From IMG/VR virus record IMGVR_UViG_3300035681_000001, positions 125,764 to 189,763 of that record: a stretch of 64,000 bases of DNA, one strand, 5' to 3'. Both the position numbers and the translations under genes were made by a program. The notes beneath the pieces were generated by a model. The model searched no databases, was not told the origin of the DNA, and was given only the letters and a program-made list of their open reading frames with translations. Within the stretch, counting starts at the first letter, position 1. The number at the start of each line of letters is the position of its first letter. The DNA is from a virus. Of this stretch, positions 27,129 to 37,090 are shown one piece after another.

Positions 27129-27283
27129 CTGCAGCAATTTATCAAAAGTTGGCCTGTTTCGGCGATTTGCCAACATTCCTGATCGAGAGACGACAACTGC
27201 CTATCAAAATAGGCAGTTGCGAGTCCTAACACCACGACCCACCGGAGTCTATCCGGTAACTATTCATTTTTACATCAAGTACC

Positions 27284-28498
27284 ATGCAATTTTTCACCAC
27301 CAATGGCGTTCCGGTCAAAGCTTGGACTGATGGAGTACCAGTCGAAGACAAAGCTATGCAACAGCTAAATGCTCTCGCTTCGATGCCTTTTGTTTACAAA
27401 CATATTGCCGCAATGCCTGATGTTCACTGGGGACTTGGTGCAACAATAGGCTCCGTAATCGCTACCAAAGGGGCTGTAATTCCTGCCGCCGTTGGCGTTG
27501 ATATTGGCTGCGGCATGTCTGCTCAGCGGACTACATTAACCGCTAGCGATTTGCCTGACGACTTAGGGACGCTCAGGTCTGCCATCGAGGCTGTAATTCC
27601 TCATGGTCGCACAGATAACGGCGGCCCAAATGATCGGGGCGCTTGGGGGAACGCTACCCGTACAGCTGAAGCTGCAATGCAAATACTGCAGCCGGGACTT
27701 GATGGCATTACTTCCAAGCATCAGGCAATTAGCAAGGCAGCTCAACGTGCAGTCTTGCACGCTGGTACGCTCGGAGGCGGCAACCACTTTGTTGAGATTT
27801 GCCTTGACGAAGATCAAAGAGTTTGGATTATGTTGCACAGCGGGAGTCGTGGTGTTGGCAACAGGATTGGCACCTACTTTATCGAGAAAGCTCGTAAAGA
27901 GATGGAGCGATACTTCATCAACCTCCCCGACAAAGACCTTGCATATTTAGTAGACGGTAGTGAGCTGTTTGGCGACTATGTTCAAGCAGTCGGCTGGGCG
28001 CAAGATTACGCCATGGCCAATAGGTCGTTAATGATGGACGCAGCTTTACACGTATTAAAACAAGCTGTGCCGAAACCATTTGCTTGTGACTGCAGTGCAG
28101 TTAACTGTCATCACAACTATGTATCCAGGGAGCGTCATTTTGGCTCTGACGTACTACTTACTCGCAAGGGAGCCGTATCTGCCAAAGAGGGTGAGCTGGG
28201 GATTATTCCTGGCAGTATGGGAGCAAAATCATTTATCGTGAAAGGCAAGGGCAATCGCGAATCATTTTGCTCCTGCTCTCATGGAGCTGGTCGTAAGATG
28301 GGCCGAAATGAAGCCAAGAAGCGTTTTACGATTGAGGATCACATTGCTGCCACTGCCGGCATTGAATGTAGAAAGGATCTCAATGTAATCGACGAAACAC
28401 CGGCAGCATATAAAGATATTGATGCCGTTATGGCGGCACAGGCTGATCTGGTTTCGGTGGTTCACACGCTTAAACAGGTTGTTTGTATTAAAGGGTAA
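27284..28498 (+). CDS. rtcB: RNA ligase RtcB
   Basis: MPDVHWG, GVDIGCG, GTLGGGNHFVE, LHSGSRG, CHHNY, IPGSMG, HGAGR, DETPAAYKDI. Confidence 0.97.
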   Translation: MQFFTTNGVPVKAWTDGVPVEDKAMQQLNALASMPFVYKHIAAMPDVHWGLGATIGSVIATKGAVIPAAVGVDIGCGMSAQRTTLTASDLPDDLGTLRSAIEAVIPHGRTDNGGPNDRGAWGNATRTAEAAMQILQPGLDGITSKHQAISKAAQRAVLHAGTLGGGNHFVEICLDEDQRVWIMLHSGSRGVGNRIGTYFIEKARKEMERYFINLPDKDLAYLVDGSELFGDYVQAVGWAQDYAMANRSLMMDAALHVLKQAVPKPFACDCSAVNCHHNYVSRERHFGSDVLLTRKGAVSAKEGELGIIPGSMGAKSFIVKGKGNRESFCSCSHGAGRKMGRNEAKKRFTIEDHIAATAGIECRKDLNVIDETPAAYKDIDAVMAAQADLVSVVHTLKQVVCIKG

Positions 28499-28729
28499 CT
28501 CAACTCACAGCCCACCAAAGCCCATCTGCTAACTATCCCAGCGCTATTAAAACCCATGAAAGACTCCAAGCAGTTGCATTGGAGTACCCTTTACCTTTAA
28601 CTGCAAACTGCTGAGACCTACGTCGGTAATATAGTCAATATACCTGCCGGCGTAGGCTACTAGTAATCAACTCAAGTTTGGCCTACCAAAACACAAACAA
28701 AGTAAATCACAAGAAGACCAAAGGCTCTT

Positions 28730-29056
28730 ATGTCTCCAAAGCTTAAACCTCTAATCTACCTCGCTGCTGCAATTGGCGGTATTGCCTTAATTTGGGGTGT
28801 CGGCTTTTTAAGCCTCGGCTATTATTCTTTCTTTGCTCCTAAACAACAAGCTGTTGAACGGCAAGTTTTTGAATATAGCCCGTCAGCTATAAGGGGCAGT
28901 ATTCAAGACATCCGCCGCTACTATGCTGAGTACTTAGCAACCCAAGACCCAGCACAACGTGCTGCTTTAGCCATTTTGATCACCACAGCATACGATCAAA
29001 TCCCACCTGACCGTCTAAGTTTAGAAATCCAAAACATCTACGACAAAGTAAAATGA
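28730..29056 (+). CDS. Membrane-anchored phage protein
   Basis: N-terminal TM helix; coupled to the downstream lipoprotein. Confidence 0.75.
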   Translation: MSPKLKPLIYLAAAIGGIALIWGVGFLSLGYYSFFAPKQQAVERQVFEYSPSAIRGSIQDIRRYYAEYLATQDPAQRAALAILITTAYDQIPPDRLSLEIQNIYDKVK

Positions 29057-29547
29057 AAAAGCTCGTCGCCTTAGCAGCACTGTTATTGCCTTTAACTGCT
29101 TGTGGGACACCTACTGCAGATTCTACCGACCAAAAAAACCAAGAAGTCCTTCAAGCTGAATCAGTTCGTCAGGTAGGACTACCTAAAATCAAAAACTTTA
29201 CTGTTAAAAAGCAGCTCAGAAGAATCCAAGAAGCAGTAGACCAAGCTAATTTGCTGACCTACTCATACACCAAGTCAGACCACACCGGAAAACTGGTGTG
29301 GTTTTGTGACTCAGTCGGTTATACAGTATCATCTGCTGTTCAATTTACTAATCCCAGTAAGGTAGTTTACGACACCAACGGCCCGGTAGTAGTCCCTCAA
29401 GCAGATCCTGATGGTACGTTTAGGCCTACTTCTGCTGAAGGTAGCTGGGTTTTCTGTATACATAACGGAAAAGCAAAGCCCGTTTACTCAGAAGAACGCA
29501 TTAGTACTTTCCCATACCGCAGAGCTGAAATTCTAGGAAGCTATTAA
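29053..29547 (+). CDS. Phage lipoprotein
   Basis: Signal peptide with lipobox LTAC. Confidence 0.8.
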   Translation: MKKLVALAALLLPLTACGTPTADSTDQKNQEVLQAESVRQVGLPKIKNFTVKKQLRRIQEAVDQANLLTYSYTKSDHTGKLVWFCDSVGYTVSSAVQFTNPSKVVYDTNGPVVVPQADPDGTFRPTSAEGSWVFCIHNGKAKPVYSEERISTFPYRRAEILGSY

Positions 29548-29611
29548 TAAAGGTAGCCGTTAAGAGTACTGCCACCTTTACGTACGACCCGCAATCAAAG
29601 CTACACCAACT

Positions 29612-30262
29612 ATGACTAACGCCATCCAAAAGCTAATTGCAGACGACTCTTGGGCAGCTACTTTTCAAACTCTTAGACAGTACCGTAGCGCCTTACTAGA
29701 AGCACTTGCAGAAGCACCTACTACTACCCCAAAAACAGATGACGAAATCCTAGAATTTCTGGAAGAATTTCAACTGGAAAACCAACCATTACAGATTGAA
29801 GGAGATCTAGAAAGAAGTAGAGATGGTAAATTATGCTGGGTTATTGATCAAGAAATTGATGCTACAGATGCAGTTTTATACCTAGCCCGTTATGCTGTCG
29901 GCTCTTCAACAGGATCAATACTTCAACCTATAAAAGTTAAGTTTTTTCAAGACAAGAATCTACAAATTGAAGCTTGTAATCGCAAGTGTACTCATTTTGT
30001 GATTGTAAAATACGAGGGTTCGTATTACAACCGTCAAAATGAAAGATTCCTAAGTAAAAATGGTATCTGGGAGCCAAATACTGGTAATTATGAAGTGTTT
30101 CTAGAGAAATTTAGTTGGCCTACTGTACGAGAAGCTCGTCAAGCCTTAGAAGACTTTTTCCCACCAAGCCCTGTACCATTAACTTACGGACAACAAGCAG
30201 CCAGAATTACTGAACTCGAAACACAACTCCGCGCCGCACATGCCAACCACCCTAACAGTTAA
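29612..30262 (+). CDS. Hypothetical protein
   Basis: 216-aa ORF. Confidence 0.7.
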   Translation: MTNAIQKLIADDSWAATFQTLRQYRSALLEALAEAPTTTPKTDDEILEFLEEFQLENQPLQIEGDLERSRDGKLCWVIDQEIDATDAVLYLARYAVGSSTGSILQPIKVKFFQDKNLQIEACNRKCTHFVIVKYEGSYYNRQNERFLSKNGIWEPNTGNYEVFLEKFSWPTVREARQALEDFFPPSPVPLTYGQQAARITELETQLRAAHANHPNS

Positions 30263-30473
30263 CCTCACGTATTTCAAAAGCTCTGGGAAGTATTATGATC
30301 AGGGCTCTTATGAAGTTGATGCTTCAGTGTATTTACATCAAATCTGGGACCAAGTTAAACAGCTTCGTGATACTGGTCGACTTCCTGGACTACACGACGG
30401 AGCTAGCAACTATAACATCTTAATAAACGTTCCTGGTCACCCTGCTGAACACCCTCACCTTTTAATGCAATGA
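30240..30473 (+). CDS. Hypothetical protein (YFKSSGKYY)
   Basis: 77-aa ORF in an overlapping gene train. Confidence 0.65.
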   Translation: MPTTLTVNLTYFKSSGKYYDQGSYEVDASVYLHQIWDQVKQLRDTGRLPGLHDGASNYNILINVPGHPAEHPHLLMQ

Positions 30474-30808
30474 CACGTCGCAGAGAAATCAGAGAGTACG
30501 CTAAAGACCATACTGGTCAGGTCATAGAAAATGACCTTGAAGAAGAGCCATCAGACCTTAAAAGGCTTATTGAGACCCTAGAATCATTTTTGAGCCAAGG
30601 GTACACCTCACGTCAGGTCGATGTTTACCATACATTTAACGGAAACGCCGTTGCAAGAATAAAGTACTACAAAACCAGACAAGAAACAGATGAGGAAATT
30701 AAAGAGCGTGTAGAAGAAGAAAACAAACGAAAAAGACGACTTGAAAACAGACAAAAAGTTATTGATGGTCTAACACCTGAACAGAAAGAGGCTCTAAACC
30801 TAACATGA
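30470..30808 (+). CDS. Hypothetical charged protein
   Basis: ATGA overlaps on both sides. Confidence 0.7.
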   Translation: MTRRREIREYAKDHTGQVIENDLEEEPSDLKRLIETLESFLSQGYTSRQVDVYHTFNGNAVARIKYYKTRQETDEEIKERVEEENKRKRRLENRQKVIDGLTPEQKEALNLT

Positions 30809-31089
30809 TCAACACAATCTACATCAGTCCCTACACCATAAACCTAGAGCATATAGCTGCAATTAAAGACGCCCAGTACTATACTAAAGATTCTACAATA
30901 AAATTTGATATAGTGCTGATTAGTGGTGCTATACTCAAAATTGATCTAGGTGAGGCGGATGAAACAGCACTAGAGTTACAAAAAGAGTTTATTAGTTGGG
31001 TAATTGACAGTTGGAAAGCAGGTGAGTGCTTGTCTGTCACTTATAAAAAACAGTTTGCTACTCTAAAGTGGACTAAACACACTAGTTAA
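30805..31089 (+). CDS. Hypothetical protein
   Basis: 94-aa ORF ending just before the tRNA. Confidence 0.65.
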   Translation: MINTIYISPYTINLEHIAAIKDAQYYTKDSTIKFDIVLISGAILKIDLGEADETALELQKEFISWVIDSWKAGECLSVTYKKQFATLKWTKHTS

Positions 31090-31094
31090 TCTTC

Positions 31095-31174
31095 GGGGGC
31101 GTAGGAGAACGGCAGATCCAACAAACTTAAAATTTGTAGCTTCGGCATTGCGGGTTCGAATCCCGCCGTCCCCA
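31095..31174 (+). tRNA. tRNA-Leu (anticodon UAA), intron-less, CCA not encoded
   Basis: Acceptor GGGGGCG/CGTCCCC, anticodon arm ACAAA-CTTAAAA-TTTGT, GGTTCGAATCC T-loop. Confidence 0.95.
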
Positions 31175-31250
31175 CTGTTTACCTAATGACCTTGTTAGTA
31201 AAAATTGCACTAACAGTATAACCAGACTTTACCACGCCACTAGTTCTTAA

Positions 31251-31514
31251 ATGATCTACACTACACTTCAAGTTATTGCTTGGATAACACAGATATTGGT
31301 CATTGGGACTTTAATAAACCTATTAGCTCAAACCGCAGCTGACTGGGTCTTCAGCTACTTTGATAAGTTGTACGACCGCATTTATTGGCACCAGGCCAAA
31401 CGTTTGTGGATAATACTGACCTTAAGAAACTATTGCAGCACTCTAACTTATATTTTTTTGCTGGTAGTACCCATAGTAACCTGCCTACTGCACCTTAAAA
31501 ACCATTGGCCATGA
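31251..31514 (+). CDS. Small membrane protein
   Basis: Two hydrophobic segments. Confidence 0.6.
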   Translation: MIYTTLQVIAWITQILVIGTLINLLAQTAADWVFSYFDKLYDRIYWHQAKRLWIILTLRNYCSTLTYIFLLVVPIVTCLLHLKNHWP

Positions 31515-31864
31515 CTACAGACCCACACCTTTACCGAATAATAGACTACCACTACGAGAACGCCTACGTACTACCCACCAGCACGACCCTAATAACTGTA
31601 CAACACCTACAAATAGTAAAAACTACGAGGTGTGGTGTGTGGGTTAGGAAGCCAGACTTTTCACTTCGATGGGTTTCTAATAGTTCTACCAAGAGGTACG
31701 CCTGGCCTACTGAAGCTGAGGCTTGGGAATCCTTTAAAGCACGCAAAGCCAAGCAGCTAGCTATTTACCAAAATAAACTAGCTCAAGCAACCGTAGCTTT
31801 TGAACTAGCAAAATTACCAGACACACTAAAAGACCTAATAAAGAAAAACACCCGTAGCTTTTGA
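31505..31864 (+). CDS. Hypothetical protein
   Basis: 119-aa ORF; 3' end lies in the tandem duplication. Confidence 0.7.
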   Translation: MAMTTDPHLYRIIDYHYENAYVLPTSTTLITVQHLQIVKTTRCGVWVRKPDFSLRWVSNSSTKRYAWPTEAEAWESFKARKAKQLAIYQNKLAQATVAFELAKLPDTLKDLIKKNTRSF

Positions 31865-31912
31865 ACTAGCAAAATTACCAGACACACTAAAAGACCTAAT
31901 AAAGAAAAACAC
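31791..31912 (+). repeat. Perfect 61-bp tandem duplication
   Basis: 31791-31851 equals 31852-31912. Confidence 0.95.
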
Positions 31913-31992
31913 CCCTAGCCGTAATACTACTTTGGAGCTTCAGTGGGAAGCTGACCCACCGTACCCACGTAGCTTAAACACTCAAAAAATGC

Positions 31993-32211
31993 TTGATCCA
32001 GGTTTCCATAACACACTACACCTCTACTAAAATGAGTTACCTTGTGGTCAAAGCTACTGTTTATTTTTTGTGGTTTTTAGTAAACCTGTGGGTCAGCTGC
32101 AGGCTTTGCTTCTTGATTGCCTACAAAACTATGTATGGCCACAACACTAAGTTACTAGAGCTATTAGCCTACAGTATCTGGGTAGGGTGGGTAGTAGTAG
32201 TGTTCTTATAG
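31993..32211 (+). CDS. Small membrane protein
   Basis: Hydrophobic 72-aa ORF. Confidence 0.5.
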   Translation: MIQVSITHYTSTKMSYLVVKATVYFLWFLVNLWVSCRLCFLIAYKTMYGHNTKLLELLAYSIWVGWVVVVFL

Positions 32212-32393
32212 CCCTAACTAGTGTGATGTTGTACTTTGTAATTAGTACCTGCTTTTTGTGTCTAAATTTGTTGGCTGCTCGGCAGCTTTACGGTACCTTA
32301 AAGCGGTTTGTTAAGAACGACAACCTAGCTAAAAGTTATACGCTGTGGCTGCTAGGTGGTTGCTACTTTTTGGTAGTGTTGGTATTTAGGTAA
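32187..32393 (+). CDS. Small membrane protein
   Basis: Hydrophobic 68-aa ORF abutting the next gene. Confidence 0.5.
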   Translation: MGSSSVLIALTSVMLYFVISTCFLCLNLLAARQLYGTLKRFVKNDNLAKSYTLWLLGGCYFLVVLVFR

Positions 32394-32394
32394 C

Positions 32395-32907
32395 ATGGAA
32401 CGTTTTGTTTACTCAGATCCGCATTTTGGTCATCGCAAAATCGTAGGGTTTACGTTACTAGACGGCAGCCCTATGAGACCTTGGGGTACTTTAGAAGAAA
32501 TGCATGAAGCCCTAGTAGCTAACTGGAATTCTGTAGTTACTAAAAACGACCGCGTGTTGGTTGTAGGTGATGTGGTGTGGGACCTACCTACTTTACCTAT
32601 CTTAAAACGGCTAGCAGGTATCAAAACCTTAATACGCGGTAACCACGACGTATTTCCAGCTCGCAAGTACTTGGATTACTTTGAAGACGTTTTAGGTGTT
32701 CTAAAAAAAGGAAACCGGCTGTTCAGTCACTATCCTGTACACCCAGATTCAATTTCATATTCCATCCAACAAAACATCCACGGGCACTTACATGAAAAAG
32801 TAGTGTGTCTACCTGACGGCTCACCAGACCCACGATACTTTAACGTTTCGGTCGAGCGTATCAACTACACACCTTTGAGTTGGGACCTTTTACCTAAAAT
32901 CCAATGA
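32395..32907 (+). CDS. Calcineurin-like metallophosphoesterase
   Basis: SDPHFGH, VGD, RGNHD, SHYP, HGHLH, NVSVE. Confidence 0.92.
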   Translation: MERFVYSDPHFGHRKIVGFTLLDGSPMRPWGTLEEMHEALVANWNSVVTKNDRVLVVGDVVWDLPTLPILKRLAGIKTLIRGNHDVFPARKYLDYFEDVLGVLKKGNRLFSHYPVHPDSISYSIQQNIHGHLHEKVVCLPDGSPDPRYFNVSVERINYTPLSWDLLPKIQ

Positions 32908-33476
32908 CGCAGTTGCCTACCAAAACCCTAAATACAGAACAACCAACACCAAAAACACAAGCACGTTTAGTAATCTTAAGCAGACTGTTATCGTGTCCTA
33001 CTATAACAGGCCGCTGGTCCAACACTTCAGCTACTAATAAACCAGTAGTAGGAGATCTTGTTTCACTAAGCTGTGCGCCTCCTTCTAAATACTATGTGTC
33101 TTGGCTTCGAGATTTTGACCTTAAAAATGATTGGCCCCGGTACTTACTAGAAAGCATTGAAGACGGTGAGCTTTCTTGGTGAAGTAACGTCAATATCAGC
33201 ATCTATAGCCGAGAAATTGCCTGCAACCCTTCATGGCAGTGGGATGATGAGCAGTTCGCTTTTAATAACCGGTGGCTTCAAGTTTGCCGGGATAATAACG
33301 CTTACGACATTTTAGGTTGTGAGCCTGTATTTAACAACAAAACAGTTTTGTTGACCACACGCATTCGTTGGACACAAAACAAATCTGCTCGGTTATTTCC
33401 AAATTGGAAAACAGTTACCAACACGCAAATGGATGACTGGTATAAAGAATGCAAACAACAGTACGTATCAACTTAG
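32904..33476 (+). pseudogene. Hypothetical gene with an in-frame TGA at 33180
   Basis: Frame stays open for 97 codons after ELSW*. Confidence 0.6.
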
Positions 33477-33580
33477 CTGTGCTTGGTCCAGAGCCCAGCA
33501 CTAGTACCTACTAGTGCTGCATCTTTTATAAAACCTACTTACACGTAGGTAAACACTGTAATTTACCTCTCACTACCAGC

Positions 33581-34003
33581 ATGTTCGCTTTAATCGAAAC
33601 TAAAGGCGCTACTCACATAGCAGTCTGCATTCCAAGAGAAAATGCAGATAAATCAATTCCTGCTATCGTTGGCTTGTTTGAAGACAACACAAAATTTATT
33701 CAGAAAGGCTTCTCAGAACTAAGTGTCTGTAAGCCTAACATTACCATAGTGCTAGGTCAAGTACTTACTTTTGAGAACTACCAAAACGAAATGGTAGTAA
33801 CTATACCGGACAGCAACACTGTTTTTGAAGGCTACGACCCCCTAACACCTGAAGTGTTGTTATCAAATAAAAAAGCAATAGAAGCAAAAGACCAAGAAAT
33901 CGCACGCTTGAGAGCTGAACTGACTTTGACAGAAAACAGACTAGCTAGGGCAAAAGACGAACTAGCTTCAGCAGGTTTAACAACAGGAATCCTAGCTAAC
34001 TAA
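33581..34003 (+). CDS. Hypothetical protein with C-terminal coiled coil
   Basis: 140-aa ORF. Confidence 0.7.
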   Translation: MFALIETKGATHIAVCIPRENADKSIPAIVGLFEDNTKFIQKGFSELSVCKPNITIVLGQVLTFENYQNEMVVTIPDSNTVFEGYDPLTPEVLLSNKKAIEAKDQEIARLRAELTLTENRLARAKDELASAGLTTGILAN

Positions 34004-34067
34004 ATACTAGAACCTCCGGCACTGTTTCCAGCAGTGCCGGTTTAACTACACTCACCTAACCAAGCTC

Positions 34068-34259
34068 ATGGAACTGCTTGTTTGGAACAAACTGGTCATA
34101 ATGTTGTCGTTGTATATACCGCTTAACGTAGTTCCTATAGAACTAGCTCGAACCATAAAATCAAACTCCCAACACCCTTTGGTGGCTGTGCTGCTAAACA
34201 CCATAGTAGTATTGATCGCCGTAGGTAGCTTTAACACCCTAGTACACACCTTTTTCTGA
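34068..34259 (+). CDS. Small membrane protein
   Basis: Hydrophobic ORF abutting the next gene. Confidence 0.55.
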   Translation: MELLVWNKLVIMLSLYIPLNVVPIELARTIKSNSQHPLVAVLLNTIVVLIAVGSFNTLVHTFF

Positions 34260-34466
34260 ATGGATCTCACTGCTCTAAACAACACCAACCAAGAACTACT
34301 AGATATGTTCGCCGTGGTCAGCGGCCTAGTATTGGTATTCTTTGGGAGTCTTTTGTTGGGATTAGGTCTCATTAAAATCCTGGAAACTTCCAACAAAACC
34401 ACAGCTGCCCTTACGGTGTTGTTGATCGTGACCAGTATTTTCGCTTACCGCCAACTAGTACCCTAA
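34260..34466 (+). CDS. Small membrane protein
   Basis: Two TM-like segments. Confidence 0.6.
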   Translation: MDLTALNNTNQELLDMFAVVSGLVLVFFGSLLLGLGLIKILETSNKTTAALTVLLIVTSIFAYRQLVP

Positions 34467-34586
34467 AAGTACACGCTCACGCCATGCCACCCGCGCTAGT
34501 AGCCTTTAGGGTCCCAAAACAAAACCCTTGCCCACAGCCCGTTTTGGGAAGCGAGGTGGTAGACTGACAAAGTTACCTCACTACTC

Positions 34587-35444
34587 ATGAGTTTACACAA
34601 AACTTACTCGTTTGATGAAGCTGCCCTCAGAGCCCTTGTTGGATACGACGCTGCCTCCCCTACTAAATTAGTGTGGCTCCAAGACCACGGTGACTCTAAA
34701 AAAGGGGAAGTAGCCGGCAACGTAGTAGATGGTGAACCCGGCACTGTAACCGCTTACTGGCCAGGTTGTGTAGACAAAGACGGAGCATCTTACGCCAAAA
34801 AGGTAAGCCTACAAATCAAACGCGTTGTTTACTGGTTGCTATACCCACAAGAAGACCAAAACGATAAACCTGTTTTTCAAGTGTATGCCCACACTAAGGT
34901 AGACCCCCTCGCTGTAGGGATGTACTTCCAGGGTGAGCAGCCTATGTTCTCACTTCGTCTAAAAAACAGAGACTCTACGTTACCTAAAGAATACTTAGAA
35001 CAATACGCAGCCCGAGAGGCTGACCTAGCTCAACAAACCCAGCACGCTGCTGTTAGATACGCCGTTCAACAGGCCGCTCAACAGGCCGCTGAAGTACGTG
35101 CAGTAGAAAGACCAGTTGCTGATGAGTTTAACACTGAGCAAATAACTGAGCTAAACCTACAAGTTGCAGACTACAAAGGTGCTCATGACTACGTAGAGTC
35201 CGTAGACGAGGATGTAACCTCGCAGCCGCCCATTAACAAGTGGCTTAGTAGATGGGAGTGCAAGCCGGCTACGCGAACTGAACCCTACGTTAAAGTAGAG
35301 GCTAATCTTAAAGAAGAGTGTGTGCTAGTAAACATAAAACACAACATAGCTCAGGTATACCCAAACCCTACAGCAGCTAGAAATAGAGTCGATATTTTAG
35401 CTAAATCTTATTCTGGAGACTGGTCAATCCTACCCCTAACGTAA
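34587..35444 (+). CDS. Hypothetical protein; N-terminus resembles that of phage HNH proteins
   Basis: LVGYD...LVWL...GEVAG pattern, but no HNH catalytic motif seen. Confidence 0.7.
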   Translation: MSLHKTYSFDEAALRALVGYDAASPTKLVWLQDHGDSKKGEVAGNVVDGEPGTVTAYWPGCVDKDGASYAKKVSLQIKRVVYWLLYPQEDQNDKPVFQVYAHTKVDPLAVGMYFQGEQPMFSLRLKNRDSTLPKEYLEQYAAREADLAQQTQHAAVRYAVQQAAQQAAEVRAVERPVADEFNTEQITELNLQVADYKGAHDYVESVDEDVTSQPPINKWLSRWECKPATRTEPYVKVEANLKEECVLVNIKHNIAQVYPNPTAARNRVDILAKSYSGDWSILPLT

Positions 35445-35445
35445 A

Positions 35446-35709
35446 ATGAACCCTACCCCTGAAATAAAGTGGGTAGCTTTTACTCAACGTCGGTCTACTA
35501 AAGGCCGGCGTTCTTTTTTAGCTATCCACAAGTCCAACTGGTATGAATCAGACGTATATACAGTATGGTTTGATAAAATTGAGGGTAAGCTAGTGCGCTG
35601 GCCGTTGTCAGTACCGCCCACGCACTACGCTGAAATCACAGCTCCCGAACCAGTCTCTCTTACCCGCGAGGAGTGGCAGAGATTTTTTACTCAAGCTACT
35701 CCTTTTTAA
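35446..35709 (+). CDS. Hypothetical protein
   Basis: 87-aa ORF. Confidence 0.6.
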   Translation: MNPTPEIKWVAFTQRRSTKGRRSFLAIHKSNWYESDVYTVWFDKIEGKLVRWPLSVPPTHYAEITAPEPVSLTREEWQRFFTQATPF

Positions 35710-35712
35710 TTT

Positions 35713-36216
35713 ATGGACAAAAAACTCAAAGTTGCTGAATTTCTAACCTCTGTAACCCTAGTTGCAGGGTTAGGTTCCTCACGGATGGATCCACGAAAAA
35801 CTTGTACCATAGGTGCCATCAACCTAGCACTTACTGGTCTACGTAGGGATGATCCTTTGCCATGTATGTCTCCTAGTTTAACGAATTTTGTAATAGTACT
35901 ACAAGACCGCATGAGTAACGCAGCCAGAAACTCTGCAGAATGGAAAGCTATAATTCCACTACTACTAGACACTAGAAATCAAGAAGATGAAATAAAAAAA
36001 CGTATTAATACCTTTTGCAGCTGGCTTGATCTTGAAGGGGCTAGCGCACCTATTGATGCGTTTAACCCTTCTATTTTAATACGTCAAATACTAGGATTAG
36101 AGCCGCTTGAACTACGTAGGCCTTATACTACTACTTCGTCCTTTGGTAATTTAGCCACAACACTCTTTGGAGAGTTGAAGTATTACTCACTAACACTCAC
36201 ACCTAAAGCACAATGA
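35713..36216 (+). CDS. Hypothetical protein with CTIGAINLAL motif
   Basis: 167-aa ORF. Confidence 0.7.
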   Translation: MDKKLKVAEFLTSVTLVAGLGSSRMDPRKTCTIGAINLALTGLRRDDPLPCMSPSLTNFVIVLQDRMSNAARNSAEWKAIIPLLLDTRNQEDEIKKRINTFCSWLDLEGASAPIDAFNPSILIRQILGLEPLELRRPYTTTSSFGNLATTLFGELKYYSLTLTPKAQ

Positions 36217-36566
36217 AAAAGAAAACGCGTCTGAAACTAGAACACCTCATAAGCCGAGAAGTATTCGGCTCAACTTACCTTAACGACTTGAATACTATTT
36301 GTCGGCAAATCCAAAAGCACAAGAGTTCAATTCAAAGGCTGAGGTGTTACTATTTGTCACAAGACAATGACCGGCGGGAAGGTCAGGACACTTACGGATA
36401 CGCTTCCATTGAAAAAGTTCAGTCAACATTAGAGTATATATACGACAGGTTCTACTATACCTTTAGGTTGACATGGCTGCTGGGTCTGCCAGAACAACTT
36501 GACTCGCTAAAAGTTAAAGAACTTTGTGTTGACTGGTTACAGACTGCAGGTTTAGTGAAAAACTAA
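36213..36566 (+). CDS. Hypothetical protein
   Basis: ATGA overlap; ends WLQTAGLV like the next gene (WLEAAGLV). Confidence 0.65.
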   Translation: MKKKTRLKLEHLISREVFGSTYLNDLNTICRQIQKHKSSIQRLRCYYLSQDNDRREGQDTYGYASIEKVQSTLEYIYDRFYYTFRLTWLLGLPEQLDSLKVKELCVDWLQTAGLVKN

Positions 36567-36621
36567 CTTAACTTCGCCAAAGTCACTTAAAGTTGTAAAC
36601 CTTCTGTATTGACCGGACCTT

Positions 36622-36891
36622 ATGCTAGTAAGCTCAGAACCCTACACTGATTCTCTAGGTAATCAGTGTTGGTTAGTAAAAGTAGGTGGGCTAAGTACTA
36701 TCAAGAGCTCGGCCCACTTAATAAACGACGGCGTAGCCGCGCTAAAAAGATTAAGGATACAACGCATTAATGAGTTGTACACCAAGTACTGCTACTACCA
36801 AGGCATCGGTACTGACTCTCCCGACGCAGAGTTAATATGGGACGAGGCTGAAGCCCAGTATGACTGGCTAGAAGCTGCGGGCCTAGTCTAG
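36622..36891 (+). CDS. Hypothetical protein
   Basis: 89-aa ORF. Confidence 0.6.
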   Translation: MLVSSEPYTDSLGNQCWLVKVGGLSTIKSSAHLINDGVAALKRLRIQRINELYTKYCYYQGIGTDSPDAELIWDEAEAQYDWLEAAGLV

Positions 36892-37090
36892 AACTACCGA
36901 CACCTTAACTCAACCAAATCCCACTAACCTCATGGAAATCACTTTCATTATTTTGTACGCCTTGGTACTAATTGGTATTTCCTTAATTCTCCCAGAACCA
37001 ACCAAAAAGCCCCGCAGTAAATGGGATGAAGTTAAGGTTGATGATGACTAGTTAGTGCACTTAACTACAATCAACCTGCCCTAAACCACC

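Noticed and set aside
27175-27230. Hammerhead ribozyme (CTGATCGAG resembles CUGAUGAG)
   Set aside because: The core is imperfect and there is no GAAA at the matching junction.
34495-34520. Twister ribozyme (GCC...GGTCCCAA)
   Set aside because: The following AGCCC and the second-strand consensus are missing; kept only as an unnamed structured element.
34587-35444. HNH homing endonuclease
   Set aside because: The N-terminus is suggestive, but no DH...N...N catalytic motif is present.
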